Source: a virus | Virus record (IMG/VR): IMGVR_UViG_3300046463_000548 | Location: 1 to 64,000 of that record | DNA: 64,000 bases | Direction: 5' to 3' (one strand) | Shown here: positions 7,374-15,592 of the stretch, piece after piece | Layout of the letters: each line of letters starts with the position of its first letter | How positions within the stretch are numbered: position 1 is the first letter of the stretch | Notes under the pieces: model-generated | Told to the model about the DNA's origin: nothing | The model's input: only the letters and a program-made list of their open reading frames with translations | Databases searched by the model: none | Translations under genes and position numbers: made by a program

Positions 7374-7649
7374 ATGGAAATAAAGGCATTCTGGCAGTTC
7401 AACAAGGCCCTGGAGCAGGGGCCGTACGCGTGGCCCGGTGGCTACCCTACGTATTTCCTTTGTCGTGATGGTGAGGCGCTGTCTTTCAAGGCAGCACAGG
7501 ATAACGCGGGGCTGATACGCGATGCGCTGATCACGAACGACCGCAACTCAGAGTGGTTCGTTGTCGCGTTCGACGTGAACTGGGAAGACACCGATCTGAT
7601 CTGCTCGCATACCGGCGAGAAAATTGAGTTTGCGTACGGCAACGATTGA
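7374..7649 (+). CDS. Phage hypothetical protein (PYAWPGGYP motif)
   Basis: GGAGG RBS at re-called ATG 7374. Confidence 0.7.
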   Translation: MEIKAFWQFNKALEQGPYAWPGGYPTYFLCRDGEALSFKAAQDNAGLIRDALITNDRNSEWFVVAFDVNWEDTDLICSHTGEKIEFAYGND

Positions 7650-7660
7650 TAGTTTGGTAA

Positions 7661-7690
7661 GAAGGGGGCCGAAAGGCCCTTTTCTTCTGT
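7661..7690 (+). terminator. Rho-independent terminator
   Basis: GGGCC-GAAA-GGCCC then T-rich tail. Confidence 0.75.
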
Positions 7691-7695
7691 TTATG

Positions 7696-7724
7696 TTGAC
7701 GCTTTGTGCACAGGTCCGTATAAT
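7696..7724 (+). promoter_or_regulatory. Sigma70-like promoter TTGACG-N17-TATAAT with conserved box
   Basis: TTGACGCTTTGTGC...TATAAT. Confidence 0.8.
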
Positions 7725-7758
7725 CGTTCTTGTGGTTGAGACTTTCCTGGAGAACGCG

Positions 7759-7980
7759 ATGGACCGTTTCGTTGTGTTGGTTTTCGTTGGTGCTAGCGCT
7801 ACCGTGATCGATGGGGAGCCGCTGATCTGCGACGGCTGCAGCGATGAGGTAGAACTCGAAAACTGGGCTGTTGAGAAGTTCGCTAACGGCCGGGAAGTCT
7901 TCAACGTGGTTTGCGTTGCTAGCGAGCGGAACGCAATGGCGTACATCGCGCGGTTTGGCTACGAGTTTGTTGCGGAGTGA
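7759..7980 (+). CDS. Hypothetical protein
   Basis: GGAG RBS at re-called ATG. Confidence 0.6.
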   Translation: MDRFVVLVFVGASATVIDGEPLICDGCSDEVELENWAVEKFANGREVFNVVCVASERNAMAYIARFGYEFVAE

Positions 7981-7986
7981 AAAATC

Positions 7987-8193
7987 ATGGCACGTAAAGA
8001 GCCCCTGATGGTGCAGGTTAGCAGCAACGGTCAGGTGATCGGCAAGCTGACGACTCAAGAATTCATGGACTACGCGAAGAAGAACTTCGGCATCGGTAGC
8101 CAACGTTTCCTGGGCGACTACGTGAAGTGTTTCAACGAGGGCAAGGCACGGATAGGTGAGCCGGAACGCGTTGAACTGATCCTCAACAAGTGA
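7987..8193 (+). CDS. Hypothetical protein
   Basis: GGAG RBS. Confidence 0.65.
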   Translation: MARKEPLMVQVSSNGQVIGKLTTQEFMDYAKKNFGIGSQRFLGDYVKCFNEGKARIGEPERVELILNK

Positions 8194-8211
8194 GCAGGTT
8201 CGGAGAACGAA

Positions 8212-8412
8212 GTGATCAAGCGTCCTGTTGGCGTTAGAAAGGCTCCTGAGCCGATCATGTGGTCGGTTGAGCATTTCGGCTACTTCCCGCCTGAGTATGG
8301 CCGTGAGGTGGCGGTGTTCTGGGACCAAGCTGCGGCCTATGCGTGCAGCGAAGAGCGCAACAAGTTTAACTACTGCACAGACGTTCAGGTCTATGCGTAT
8401 GCGGATGAATAG
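8212..8412 (+). CDS. Hypothetical protein
   Basis: GGAG RBS, GTG start. Confidence 0.55.
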   Translation: MIKRPVGVRKAPEPIMWSVEHFGYFPPEYGREVAVFWDQAAAYACSEERNKFNYCTDVQVYAYADE

Positions 8413-8458
8413 CGGACGTGTGTCGCGCTAACGATGATGAAAAAGGAAAGGGTGGGCG

Positions 8459-8665
8459 ATGGCACTAAAGGACGGCAATTATCTAGCCACGTGCAAGGAG
8501 AGGAACCCGTTGGCCGCTGCGGTGAACGGGCACCACCGCGTGTGGCCTAATGCTACGTGTGTGGTCAAGAGAGGATTCGCGAGATTCAAGCGCGACGGTG
8601 ACGAAGTCTGGAGTTGCAACGCGACTTACGCGGAAGCGCACTTCAAGCTCGAACCACTCGACTGA
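8459..8665 (+). CDS. Hypothetical protein
   Basis: Purine-rich RBS. Confidence 0.6.
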   Translation: MALKDGNYLATCKERNPLAAAVNGHHRVWPNATCVVKRGFARFKRDGDEVWSCNATYAEAHFKLEPLD

Positions 8666-8672
8666 TTTACTG

Positions 8673-8701
8673 TTGACGTTTTGTGCGTCGTTCTGTACAA
8701 T
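8673..8701 (+). promoter_or_regulatory. Sigma70-like promoter TTGACG-N17-TACAAT with conserved box
   Basis: TTGACGTTTTGTGC...TACAAT; near-copy of the 5368 promoter. Confidence 0.8.
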
Positions 8702-8738
8702 GGGTTCTGTGGTGATCAGAAACGGACTGGAGAACGAG

Positions 8739-8942
8739 ATGGCACTGACGGCAACTCAAACGACTGGCGGGAGGGCTCTTCCTCAGTTCGTGCTTGAAAT
8801 CCTGGCAACGAGATTTTCCCCGGCTGAAATCAGCATCGTTGATCAGAACTGGAACCGATACAGCCAGATGTCTTTCAGCAATTCGTGTGCTGACGAATTC
8901 CTTCTCCAAGGCGACATCATACTGATGCTTGAAAGGACTTGA
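8739..8942 (+). CDS. Hypothetical protein
   Basis: GGAG RBS at re-called ATG. Confidence 0.6.
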   Translation: MALTATQTTGGRALPQFVLEILATRFSPAEISIVDQNWNRYSQMSFSNSCADEFLLQGDIILMLERT

Positions 8943-8944
8943 TC

Positions 8945-9172
8945 ATGACAGCGACTATTATTTTCCGGAATGGACAAGGCGGATTTGTTGAGGCGTTCGA
9001 GGCAATTCGCCTTGGCTACGACTACGACGGCTATAACCTGTACGCTGGTGGCATCCGCCGTAACCCCATCGAAGTGGTGGAATGCACGGCTGGTGAGGTA
9101 GCTGAGTCGTCCATTGACGGTGTGAGTTTCTTCCGTACAGAGACCGGCCGTGTGTACAAGACAATCCAGTGA
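8945..9172 (+). CDS. Hypothetical protein
   Basis: AAGGA RBS. Confidence 0.6.
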   Translation: MTATIIFRNGQGGFVEAFEAIRLGYDYDGYNLYAGGIRRNPIEVVECTAGEVAESSIDGVSFFRTETGRVYKTIQ

Positions 9173-9189
9173 GTGGTGACAGAGCCAAG

Positions 9190-9220
9190 AAAAAGCCCGG
9201 AATCCCGGGCTTTGCTTTTT
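9190..9220. terminator. Bidirectional terminator between convergent units
   Basis: AAAGCCCGG-AATC-CCGGGCTTT flanked by A- and T-runs. Confidence 0.8.
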
Positions 9221-9226
9221 GGTGAC

Positions 9227-9409
9227 CTACTGCGTTGCGTGCCAGTCAGCCGCTGTCAGTGACGGGCTCTCACCCGCGTCGAATTCACGGCGGAACCAAT
9301 CCTCGTTGTCGTAGGGAACGTGCTTGGCTTCAAGCATGTCAATACCAAGCTTGGTCAGTTCGTGTGACACGGCCGATGCCCAATCATCAAAAGTGCGGTG
9401 TGCCGCCAT
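9227..9409 (-). CDS. Small acidic hypothetical protein downstream of TA pair
   Basis: GGAGG RBS. Confidence 0.6.
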   Translation of the reverse strand: MAAHRTFDDWASAVSHELTKLGIDMLEAKHVPYDNEDWFRREFDAGESPSLTAADWHATQ

Positions 9410-9425
9410 ACGGGAGTCCTCCGGT

Positions 9426-9749
9426 CTATCGGTCTTGGCGAGTGTCCCAGACGCGCAAAAGAGCTATCGCAGTCGGTTCCTCAGAGTACGGGGGTAGAAC
9501 TTCATAGTGCAATTCATAGCGCCCCGCCAGACATACCCAGCGATGAACTTCGCGTGCGGGAGGTCCATCGTAGCCGTCAAGCTCTTCACCCAGTCGGTGG
9601 AAGTGATCTTGTCCAAGCCGATCTGCTTCATCGAGTAGAGCATTGACGATACGTCGGGCCGCTGCTCCATCGTTGAATTTTTTCACGTGGTCAGCGATCA
9701 GCGCCAGGTCGGACATGGCTTTAGAAGTAGGTAGGACCTTGACCTTCAC
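9426..9749 (-). CDS. RelE/ParE-family toxin
   Basis: A..DL..I.......AA.R...; YEL.YEV...I.LLRVW..RQDR. Confidence 0.8.
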   Translation of the reverse strand: MKVKVLPTSKAMSDLALIADHVKKFNDGAAARRIVNALLDEADRLGQDHFHRLGEELDGYDGPPAREVHRWVCLAGRYELHYEVLPPYSEEPTAIALLRVWDTRQDR

Positions 9750-10015
9750 GCTTCGGGCACCGGCTGTTCGTTATCGGTTCCAACGCTGTCGGCCCAGGCG
9801 CGTGCCTGCTCCATCGGGACGAATCGGCCCGCAGTCACATCGTCCAGTCCTTCCTGAATCAATCGACGCTTCTCCGCTTCTCGTGAGAGAAACTGGACCA
9901 GCGCTTTCTTGACGATCCACTGACGCGGCCGGTCAAGCAGCGCGGAGAGGGCGTCCACTTCCTGCGCTAGTTCGACCGGCACCTGAGCCGTGAGGGTTCG
10001 AGTTTCAGCAGTCAC
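9746..10015 (-). CDS. CopG/ribbon-helix-helix antitoxin
   Basis: TLTAQVP.ELA..VD.L....DRPR.WIVK.AL...EGL.DV.AGR; GGAGG RBS; overlaps toxin start. Confidence 0.85.
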   Translation of the reverse strand: MTAETRTLTAQVPVELAQEVDALSALLDRPRQWIVKKALVQFLSREAEKRRLIQEGLDDVTAGRFVPMEQARAWADSVGTDNEQPVPEA

Positions 10016-10100
10016 AGGGGCCTCCTATTGAAAACTAACTGAGTCTATTGTAAATCAATAAACCCGTCACTTCAAGGAGACGCCACACGTATTTGAGGGC

Positions 10101-10694
10101 TCAGGCCGCGCTCTGTTGGCACGAACTGAGTTCCGCCTCCAGGGTTAAGAGTCGTTTTGATCGAGCTTTGAGCCGCTTCACGGGCGTCCCGAAATACATA
10201 CCCCAAGGATCGAGAGACTTCGTCACCAACGACATCGCACCAACGGACGACCCTTCACCGATCCGACAGCCAGGCAGGATGACAGTGCCCGATCCGACAA
10301 TGACGTGTCGTCCCAATCGGACCGGCGCAACCTTCACATTCAAATACTGACGCGGTACGGTCGGGTTCGTGAGCGCCGCGCCAGAGTAATCGTCCGACAC
10401 GCTATAGACACGCACACCCTGAGACAATCCACAGAAGTCCTCCAGTTCGATGCCTCCACCACCGGCCATAAAGCACATACCTCCGATGTGCACGTATGAG
10501 CCGATGCGTATATGGCCGCTCGAAGCAGACAGGACACTGGGTCCGTCGATACGCACGTTACTCCCGAACGTCATGTTTTCGATGCCGACGACCGTACAGT
10601 TTTTCGCGACCCGAACGTTGCTGCCCACGGAGGGCGAGCCGAACTGTTTCAATTCTTCTTCTGTCCAGTAGCCTGGATTGAGCGGGTTTTGCAT
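10101..10694 (-). CDS. Hexapeptide-repeat (left-handed beta helix) acyltransferase, VioB/WbbJ-like
   Basis: G.NVR, IGSYVHIG, SDDYSG..LTNPTVP, HVIVGSGTVILPG.IGEG..VGAMSLV. Confidence 0.85.
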   Translation of the reverse strand: MQNPLNPGYWTEEELKQFGSPSVGSNVRVAKNCTVVGIENMTFGSNVRIDGPSVLSASSGHIRIGSYVHIGGMCFMAGGGGIELEDFCGLSQGVRVYSVSDDYSGAALTNPTVPRQYLNVKVAPVRLGRHVIVGSGTVILPGCRIGEGSSVGAMSLVTKSLDPWGMYFGTPVKRLKARSKRLLTLEAELSSCQQSAA

Positions 10695-10889
10695 GTGAGT
10701 CCCTCGCGCGCCGGGGCGAGCTAAAAAGTGGATTTGCCTTCAGGCCGCCCGCAAACGACGACCCGATGCATCGCCTATACTAGCCAGTGAGGCGAGGAAC
10801 GGTTTTCGCGAACAAAAGCAAAAAGCCGCGCCAATTCGATGCTTTGAATGAGCGCGGCAAGTCAGTGTTCGGCAAAACAGGCGGTACGG

Positions 10890-11210
10890 CTATTCAGCAC
10901 TTAACGGCGGGCGGGCCGCCAACTCGCTCTCAAGTCGCGAGATTTCCTCATCCACTGTGGGTGGCGTAGGCAGACCGAGTTTTTTGCGTTCAGCGTCCAC
11001 TGTCGGTCCGGTTCTTTCGTAGCCACCCAGCTTGATTTTGTGGCGCACAGCGCGCCCGTCAGGGAGCCACCCGTTGAACGCCCAATCGCTGCCATTGATG
11101 CGCCCATGCTTGCACAGGAATTCGTGCACCGCGAAAACGAGCTTCTCAAGCTCACGACTTTCACTTTCCGTGAAGCTGTCGAACATTGATGACTCCCTCA
11201 GATTTGACAT
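10890..11210 (-). CDS. Hypothetical protein
   Basis: Clean ORF, start uncertain. Confidence 0.5.
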   Translation of the reverse strand: MSNLRESSMFDSFTESESRELEKLVFAVHEFLCKHGRINGSDWAFNGWLPDGRAVRHKIKLGGYERTGPTVDAERKKLGLPTPPTVDEEISRLESELAARPPLSAE

Positions 11211-11343
11211 AAATCAAATTATCAACAATTGAACGAGCGTTCACTTTTCCAATTGCGACGTGCTATTTGGTTTGCGTGACAATGCACTAAGCGGTATCTC
11301 GCGCAGTTCGAATAGCGCTGACGCGTCCAGCCCGTTGGATTGC

Positions 11344-11655
11344 TCATCGCGTGTTAGCCGATTCCCCGGCTGGCGTCCAGCGCGGAGCCAACTGATCTTC
11401 GATGCGGGGGCGCTCTGTGAATCCGAGCCGAACCAAAAACTCGCGAACCTGTTCTTCGGTCTCGAACGGCCTAAAGTGTTGGGTGCCTGCGCTAAACCCC
11501 GGCTGGCAAATTTCGACCACTGGATAAGTACCAGACATCGCTTTGCGGCCGAACCGAAAAACTGCACCGGGTGCCGCGCGCTTGCCGACCTCGTCATTCA
11601 TCGCGATCATCCAGCCGTCGATGGGTTCTGCAATAACCTTGGGACTGTCTTCCAT
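11344..11655 (-). CDS. Hypothetical protein
   Basis: GGAG RBS. Confidence 0.55.
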   Translation of the reverse strand: MEDSPKVIAEPIDGWMIAMNDEVGKRAAPGAVFRFGRKAMSGTYPVVEICQPGFSAGTQHFRPFETEEQVREFLVRLGFTERPRIEDQLAPRWTPAGESANTR

Positions 11656-11689
11656 TCGTTAGTTCTCCACAATGTCGATGACTGGTTGA

Positions 11690-11881
11690 TTAGAGTTTGC
11701 CGCCGACCGGGGAATCGAGGATGGCGTTGACGTTTTCGATATCGCCAAGGCCCGACAACTTGATCAGCCTGGTGAGGTTTTGATACGAGACACTGATCGT
11801 CTGAGCTTCAACATCAATCTCGTTTTCGGCCACGATGTCTAGCACCAGTTCCTGCAGATCGGTTCTTCGCGGTGTGCTCAC
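11690..11881 (-). CDS. Hypothetical protein
   Basis: GAGG RBS, GTG start. Confidence 0.5.
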   Translation of the reverse strand: MSTPRRTDLQELVLDIVAENEIDVEAQTISVSYQNLTRLIKLSGLGDIENVNAILDSPVGGKL

Positions 11882-11937
11882 GTTAAGTCCTCATCAATGT
11901 AAATGTCTGGCTTCTGCGTTTCGCCTGCAGCCGCCTG

Positions 11938-12165
11938 TTATTTCTTTTTGCCGTGCAGAATGAAAATACCGGGCGCTAGGTGCGTGATGTCCGGATCGGC
12001 CGGACCCTTTGCATAGCAGTGACCCTTTTGCGTGTCGAAGATAGCCCAGCGCCGACCGCTCGAATAAGCATCGGCCCACCGAAGCGCCGAATCGTAGTCC
12101 GTGAAAGTGTCCAAGCTGTCCAGGCATTCACCCGTACTCTCGTAAATCTTGACCTCGTAACCCAT
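11938..12165 (-). CDS. Hypothetical protein
   Basis: AGGAG upstream of MGYEVK start. Confidence 0.55.
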   Translation of the reverse strand: MGYEVKIYESTGECLDSLDTFTDYDSALRWADAYSSGRRWAIFDTQKGHCYAKGPADPDITHLAPGIFILHGKKK

Positions 12166-12178
12166 AACCGCCCCACTC

Positions 12179-12481
12179 CTAACTGTTCTGTACATCGTCT
12201 AGCGCTTGGACCGCATCGCTGAGGTCCGTCAGGTCCTCAATCTCATCGAGCGCTACGATTGCTGTATCGAGACTATCAACCGCAGCTTCCGCTGTCTCCC
12301 CTCGCTGCCCTGCCCTCAAACTTTCCGGCATGTTATCGAGTGCTTCCTGCTCTTCATCTCGCACCGCTTCGAGTGTGGTTCGGATACTTTCGCCCTCCGC
12401 TTTCAGTTCTTCGATCAGCACCTTCAACGCTTCAAGACGCGAACGCTGCGTCTGGATGATTTTTCGTCTAGTGCCGTTCAT
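12179..12481 (-). CDS. Coiled-coil phage hypothetical protein (DEEQEALDNMPESL motif)
   Basis: Helical acidic protein, operon packing. Confidence 0.7.
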   Translation of the reverse strand: MNGTRRKIIQTQRSRLEALKVLIEELKAEGESIRTTLEAVRDEEQEALDNMPESLRAGQRGETAEAAVDSLDTAIVALDEIEDLTDLSDAVQALDDVQNS

Positions 12482-12485
12482 AGGA

Positions 12486-12728
12486 TTAGAGTTGAGCGCG
12501 TCCGGAATCCGTCAAGCGCACGGCTCTATACATGAGCCCCTGCCCTTTGGCGATAAAACAGCTAGGCGCGCTTGACTGCACCTCTTCGTCGCTCACGAGT
12601 TCAGCGAGCCCCTTCGCCATGAGCGCATCGAGCGCCGATCCGTAGCACCCTCCATACGGGCTGAATGGTGCCTCTCCTAGCCACTGTAGCAACCGGCGTT
12701 CTGTGCTGTTCAGTTCGATCTGTGTCAT
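12486..12728 (-). CDS. Hypothetical protein, possibly winged-helix-like
   Basis: GGAGG RBS at re-called ATG 12728; ends ...VRLTDSGRAQL. Confidence 0.55.
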   Translation of the reverse strand: MTQIELNSTERRLLQWLGEAPFSPYGGCYGSALDALMAKGLAELVSDEEVQSSAPSCFIAKGQGLMYRAVRLTDSGRAQL

Positions 12729-12734
12729 CCGGCC

Positions 12735-13060
12735 TCCGCTTATGCACAGGGTTGTGCACCGAAATTGTGGACAACCTCCCTCCCCTCTGCAAGCCGATTT
12801 TCTCTGCATTTGTGTGCGCGGTCGCGGGGCAGACAGTTAGTTGTGTTTTGCGGCAGTCCCTGAAAATTTCCCCAGCGCCCTGCCCTCCCCTACCGTCGAT
12901 CCTTCATCCTAGTTCTAGCTTTCTCCCGGAAACCCAGGCTGGATAAGGCTTACCCAGGGAAAAGTTAACTTGCAGAAGATGAGTTAACCGTATACATTCC
13001 GACCAATTCGCCATTTTACGGAAGTTGCAGCGAAAAATGGCGACCACTTCAGTAAATAAC
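12735..13060. other. Candidate plasmid origin region upstream of parA
   Basis: Non-coding gap with DnaA-box matches TTATGCACA (12740-12748) and TGTGGACAA (12766-12774); position upstream of parAB-rep resembles Burkholderia secondary replicons. Confidence 0.45.
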
Positions 13061-13087
13061 CACACTGCCAATGAAGGGGAGTCCAAG

Positions 13088-14308
13088 ATGCTCGTTGCCA
13101 AACCAATCGTATCTATCGAACACTCTGTCAAGCACACTCCGAATCGTGTGGCCCTAGACGACATTGAGTTCATCGCACAGAACGCGAGCGAGATGCTGAT
13201 GAATGTGCGTGAGAGCATGCTTGCTCCGCATCCGCGAAAACACGCGCCTGTGTTCACAACCTCACAACTCGCGTCGCTCTGCCAGGTGGATCGCAAGAAG
13301 ATCAACTATTACTGGGAGAAGCCTGAACTCGGCCTGCCCCAAGGCACAGTGCTGCCGCGTACGCGCGAATTCACGCTGGTCGAAGCGCGCGAATGGGTCA
13401 AGAAAGTTGGCCCGTACCTGAAGCGGCCGGACGGTGTTAAGGGCAAAAAGATTGCAATCGGAAACTTCAAAGGGGGCGTCTCCAAAACTACAACAGCGAT
13501 GACTCTGGCTCAGGGCCTGTCGCTGCGCGGTCGGCGCGTGCTGATAATTGATCTTGATCCGCAAGCATCGCTCACCGCATTGAACGGAATCTTGGCTGAC
13601 AGCGAAGTCAATGAAGACCAAACGATTCTGCCCCTCATTTACGGTGAAGCGGACTCGCTCGAATACGCGATCCAGCCGACGTACTGGGATGGTATCGACC
13701 TCATTGCGGGCAGTCAGTCTTTGTTCAGCGCTGAATTTTACCTTCCCTTCAAGCAATCACGCGAACGGGAATTTCGTTTTTGGGAAGTGCTAGAAAAGGG
13801 CTTGGAACCTCTGCTCGATCAGTACGACATGATCATCATCGACACGCCCCCTGCCCTCTCCTACGTTACGATCAACGCGTTCATGGCCGCAGACGGCCTG
13901 ATTGTTCCGACTCCGCCGAACGCACTGGACTATGCATCGTCCACGCAGTTCTGGTCGCTGTTCACGGACTTCGCACGGAGCATGAAACAGATCGTGCCGG
14001 ACCTGAACAAGCACTTCGATTTCATCCACGTCCTGCTCGCTAAAGTCGATCAATCGCAGGCAGCAACGTTCGCCGTGCGCGAGTGGATTAACCGCACGTA
14101 CGAGCGTCATGTGCTGCCGGTTGAGATTCCCACGACGACCGTGACATCGAGCGCATCGACCGAGTTCGGGACCGTCTACGATATCTCGAAGTACGACGGC
14201 AGCAATAAAACCTACCAGCGGGCGCGTGAAGCATACGACCGATTTGCAGAGATGATCGACCAGGAGATTTTCGCGCTGTGGACCTCTGAACTGGAGGTCG
14301 CAGCATGA
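13088..14308 (+). CDS. parA: Type Ia plasmid partition ATPase ParA with N-terminal HTH
   Basis: KGGVSKTT deviant Walker A, IDLDPQAS, IIDTPP; ATG 13088 after AGGGGAG. Confidence 0.95.
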   Translation: MLVAKPIVSIEHSVKHTPNRVALDDIEFIAQNASEMLMNVRESMLAPHPRKHAPVFTTSQLASLCQVDRKKINYYWEKPELGLPQGTVLPRTREFTLVEAREWVKKVGPYLKRPDGVKGKKIAIGNFKGGVSKTTTAMTLAQGLSLRGRRVLIIDLDPQASLTALNGILADSEVNEDQTILPLIYGEADSLEYAIQPTYWDGIDLIAGSQSLFSAEFYLPFKQSREREFRFWEVLEKGLEPLLDQYDMIIIDTPPALSYVTINAFMAADGLIVPTPPNALDYASSTQFWSLFTDFARSMKQIVPDLNKHFDFIHVLLAKVDQSQAATFAVREWINRTYERHVLPVEIPTTTVTSSASTEFGTVYDISKYDGSNKTYQRAREAYDRFAEMIDQEIFALWTSELEVAA

Positions 14309-15336
14309 GCATTAAGGAGAAAATGGCGGCCCGAACTGCGGCGATTGCAAGCCCCAGCGGTAACCGGCCAGTCGAACCGCTAGCTCGCCCGAAAACTGGT
14401 CCAGGTCAGTTTCTGGCCGCAATGCCGATCCTTGCAGAGAAAGAGGAAGAACTGGAAAAGGCGAACGCTGAGAATGCAAGTTTGCGCGAGCAACTTGAGC
14501 AGGCGTTGGCGAATGGAAATCCATTGGGCTCCGCCGTTGAGGTTCCGCTCGATCAACTTCATGAGGTCCCTGGGCGTCGGCGCTACATGCCTCGCGAAAA
14601 GTACATCGAACTTCGCGACAACCTGAAAACCACCGATTTGATTCATGCGGTGGTCGTCCTGCCACGTGAATCAGGTGGCTACGAAATCTGGTCCGGACAC
14701 CATCGGGTGGACGCGTATCGCGAGCTTGGCCGCACCACGATCATGTGCGTCATGGGCAAGGCTGAAAAGGCTTCTGTCAGCGCCGGGGCGTTCTACGCAA
14801 ACCTGATGCAGTCGGACCTGACCGATTTCGAAAAGTACCAGGGCTTCAAACGAATTCAGGAAGAAAACCCGGGTATCACGCAAGCGCAGATGGCGGAGCG
14901 TGCGGGCGTAGCAACCTCCGTCCTTTCCCGGTTGATGTCATTTGAGCAGCTACCGGAACCAGTCCTGCAGATGCTGAACGAGCGCCCTGCTTTGCTTGGT
15001 GCGACCTCTGGCAGCGCACTCTCCGGACTGGCCGCAGAGGGGAAGGCTGAACGTGTAATTGAAGCTGTGCAGAAACTGGCGAAGGGCGAAATTGACCAGA
15101 CACAGGCCGTGAAGCTGGCGAGCACGGAACCGGCAAAGCCCAAAGAAACGAAGAAGGCAGAGCGGGTAAAAGTTCGCGTTGGCAAAGCCGTGTATTGCAG
15201 TATGAGCACGGCACGCAACGTTGTGCGGATGGAATTTCAGTCGGAAGAGGAAGCCGCAGCAGCTAGGGAAGGGCTAACGGCATTTCTGGAAGCACGGGCC
15301 AAAGAATTACGGGCGCACGCACAGGACGAAAAGTGA
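14305..15336 (+). CDS. parB: ParB/RepB/Spo0J partition protein
   Basis: ParB-box-like SGHHRVDA, central HTH (TQAQMAERAGVATSVLSR); ATGA overlap with parA. Confidence 0.9.
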   Translation: MSIKEKMAARTAAIASPSGNRPVEPLARPKTGPGQFLAAMPILAEKEEELEKANAENASLREQLEQALANGNPLGSAVEVPLDQLHEVPGRRRYMPREKYIELRDNLKTTDLIHAVVVLPRESGGYEIWSGHHRVDAYRELGRTTIMCVMGKAEKASVSAGAFYANLMQSDLTDFEKYQGFKRIQEENPGITQAQMAERAGVATSVLSRLMSFEQLPEPVLQMLNERPALLGATSGSALSGLAAEGKAERVIEAVQKLAKGEIDQTQAVKLASTEPAKPKETKKAERVKVRVGKAVYCSMSTARNVVRMEFQSEEEAAAAREGLTAFLEARAKELRAHAQDEK

Positions 15337-15414
15337 AAATCCTTTTTGAATCAAGGACTTCCAAGTTGGAACTTCTGAGGAACACGCTATGAAGTGATTC
15401 TGAGGCGGGAAAAG

Positions 15415-15536
15415 AAAAAGCCCTCGGCTGGAACCGAAGGCTTTTTGCATAAAAGGGCTCGGCTGGAAATCCGTTCCCCGCACTACACTCACCGACTGGA
15501 AATCGGCAAGGACCTCAACAATCCCGAGTGTAGCGG
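15415..15536. ncRNA. Structured leader/antisense RNA region upstream of rep
   Basis: Three hairpins, each with a CTGGAA loop; first has terminator form; CTACACTC/GAGTGTAG outer stem. Confidence 0.5.
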
Positions 15537-15592
15537 AACGAGATTGACAGTCAAGTGAATTCAGCCATTTTCTGAAAAATGGACTGCACAGC

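Noticed and set aside
12850-12990. Iterons in the candidate origin
   Set aside because: Only loose CCC.G.AA-type similarities; no convincing regularly spaced direct repeats.
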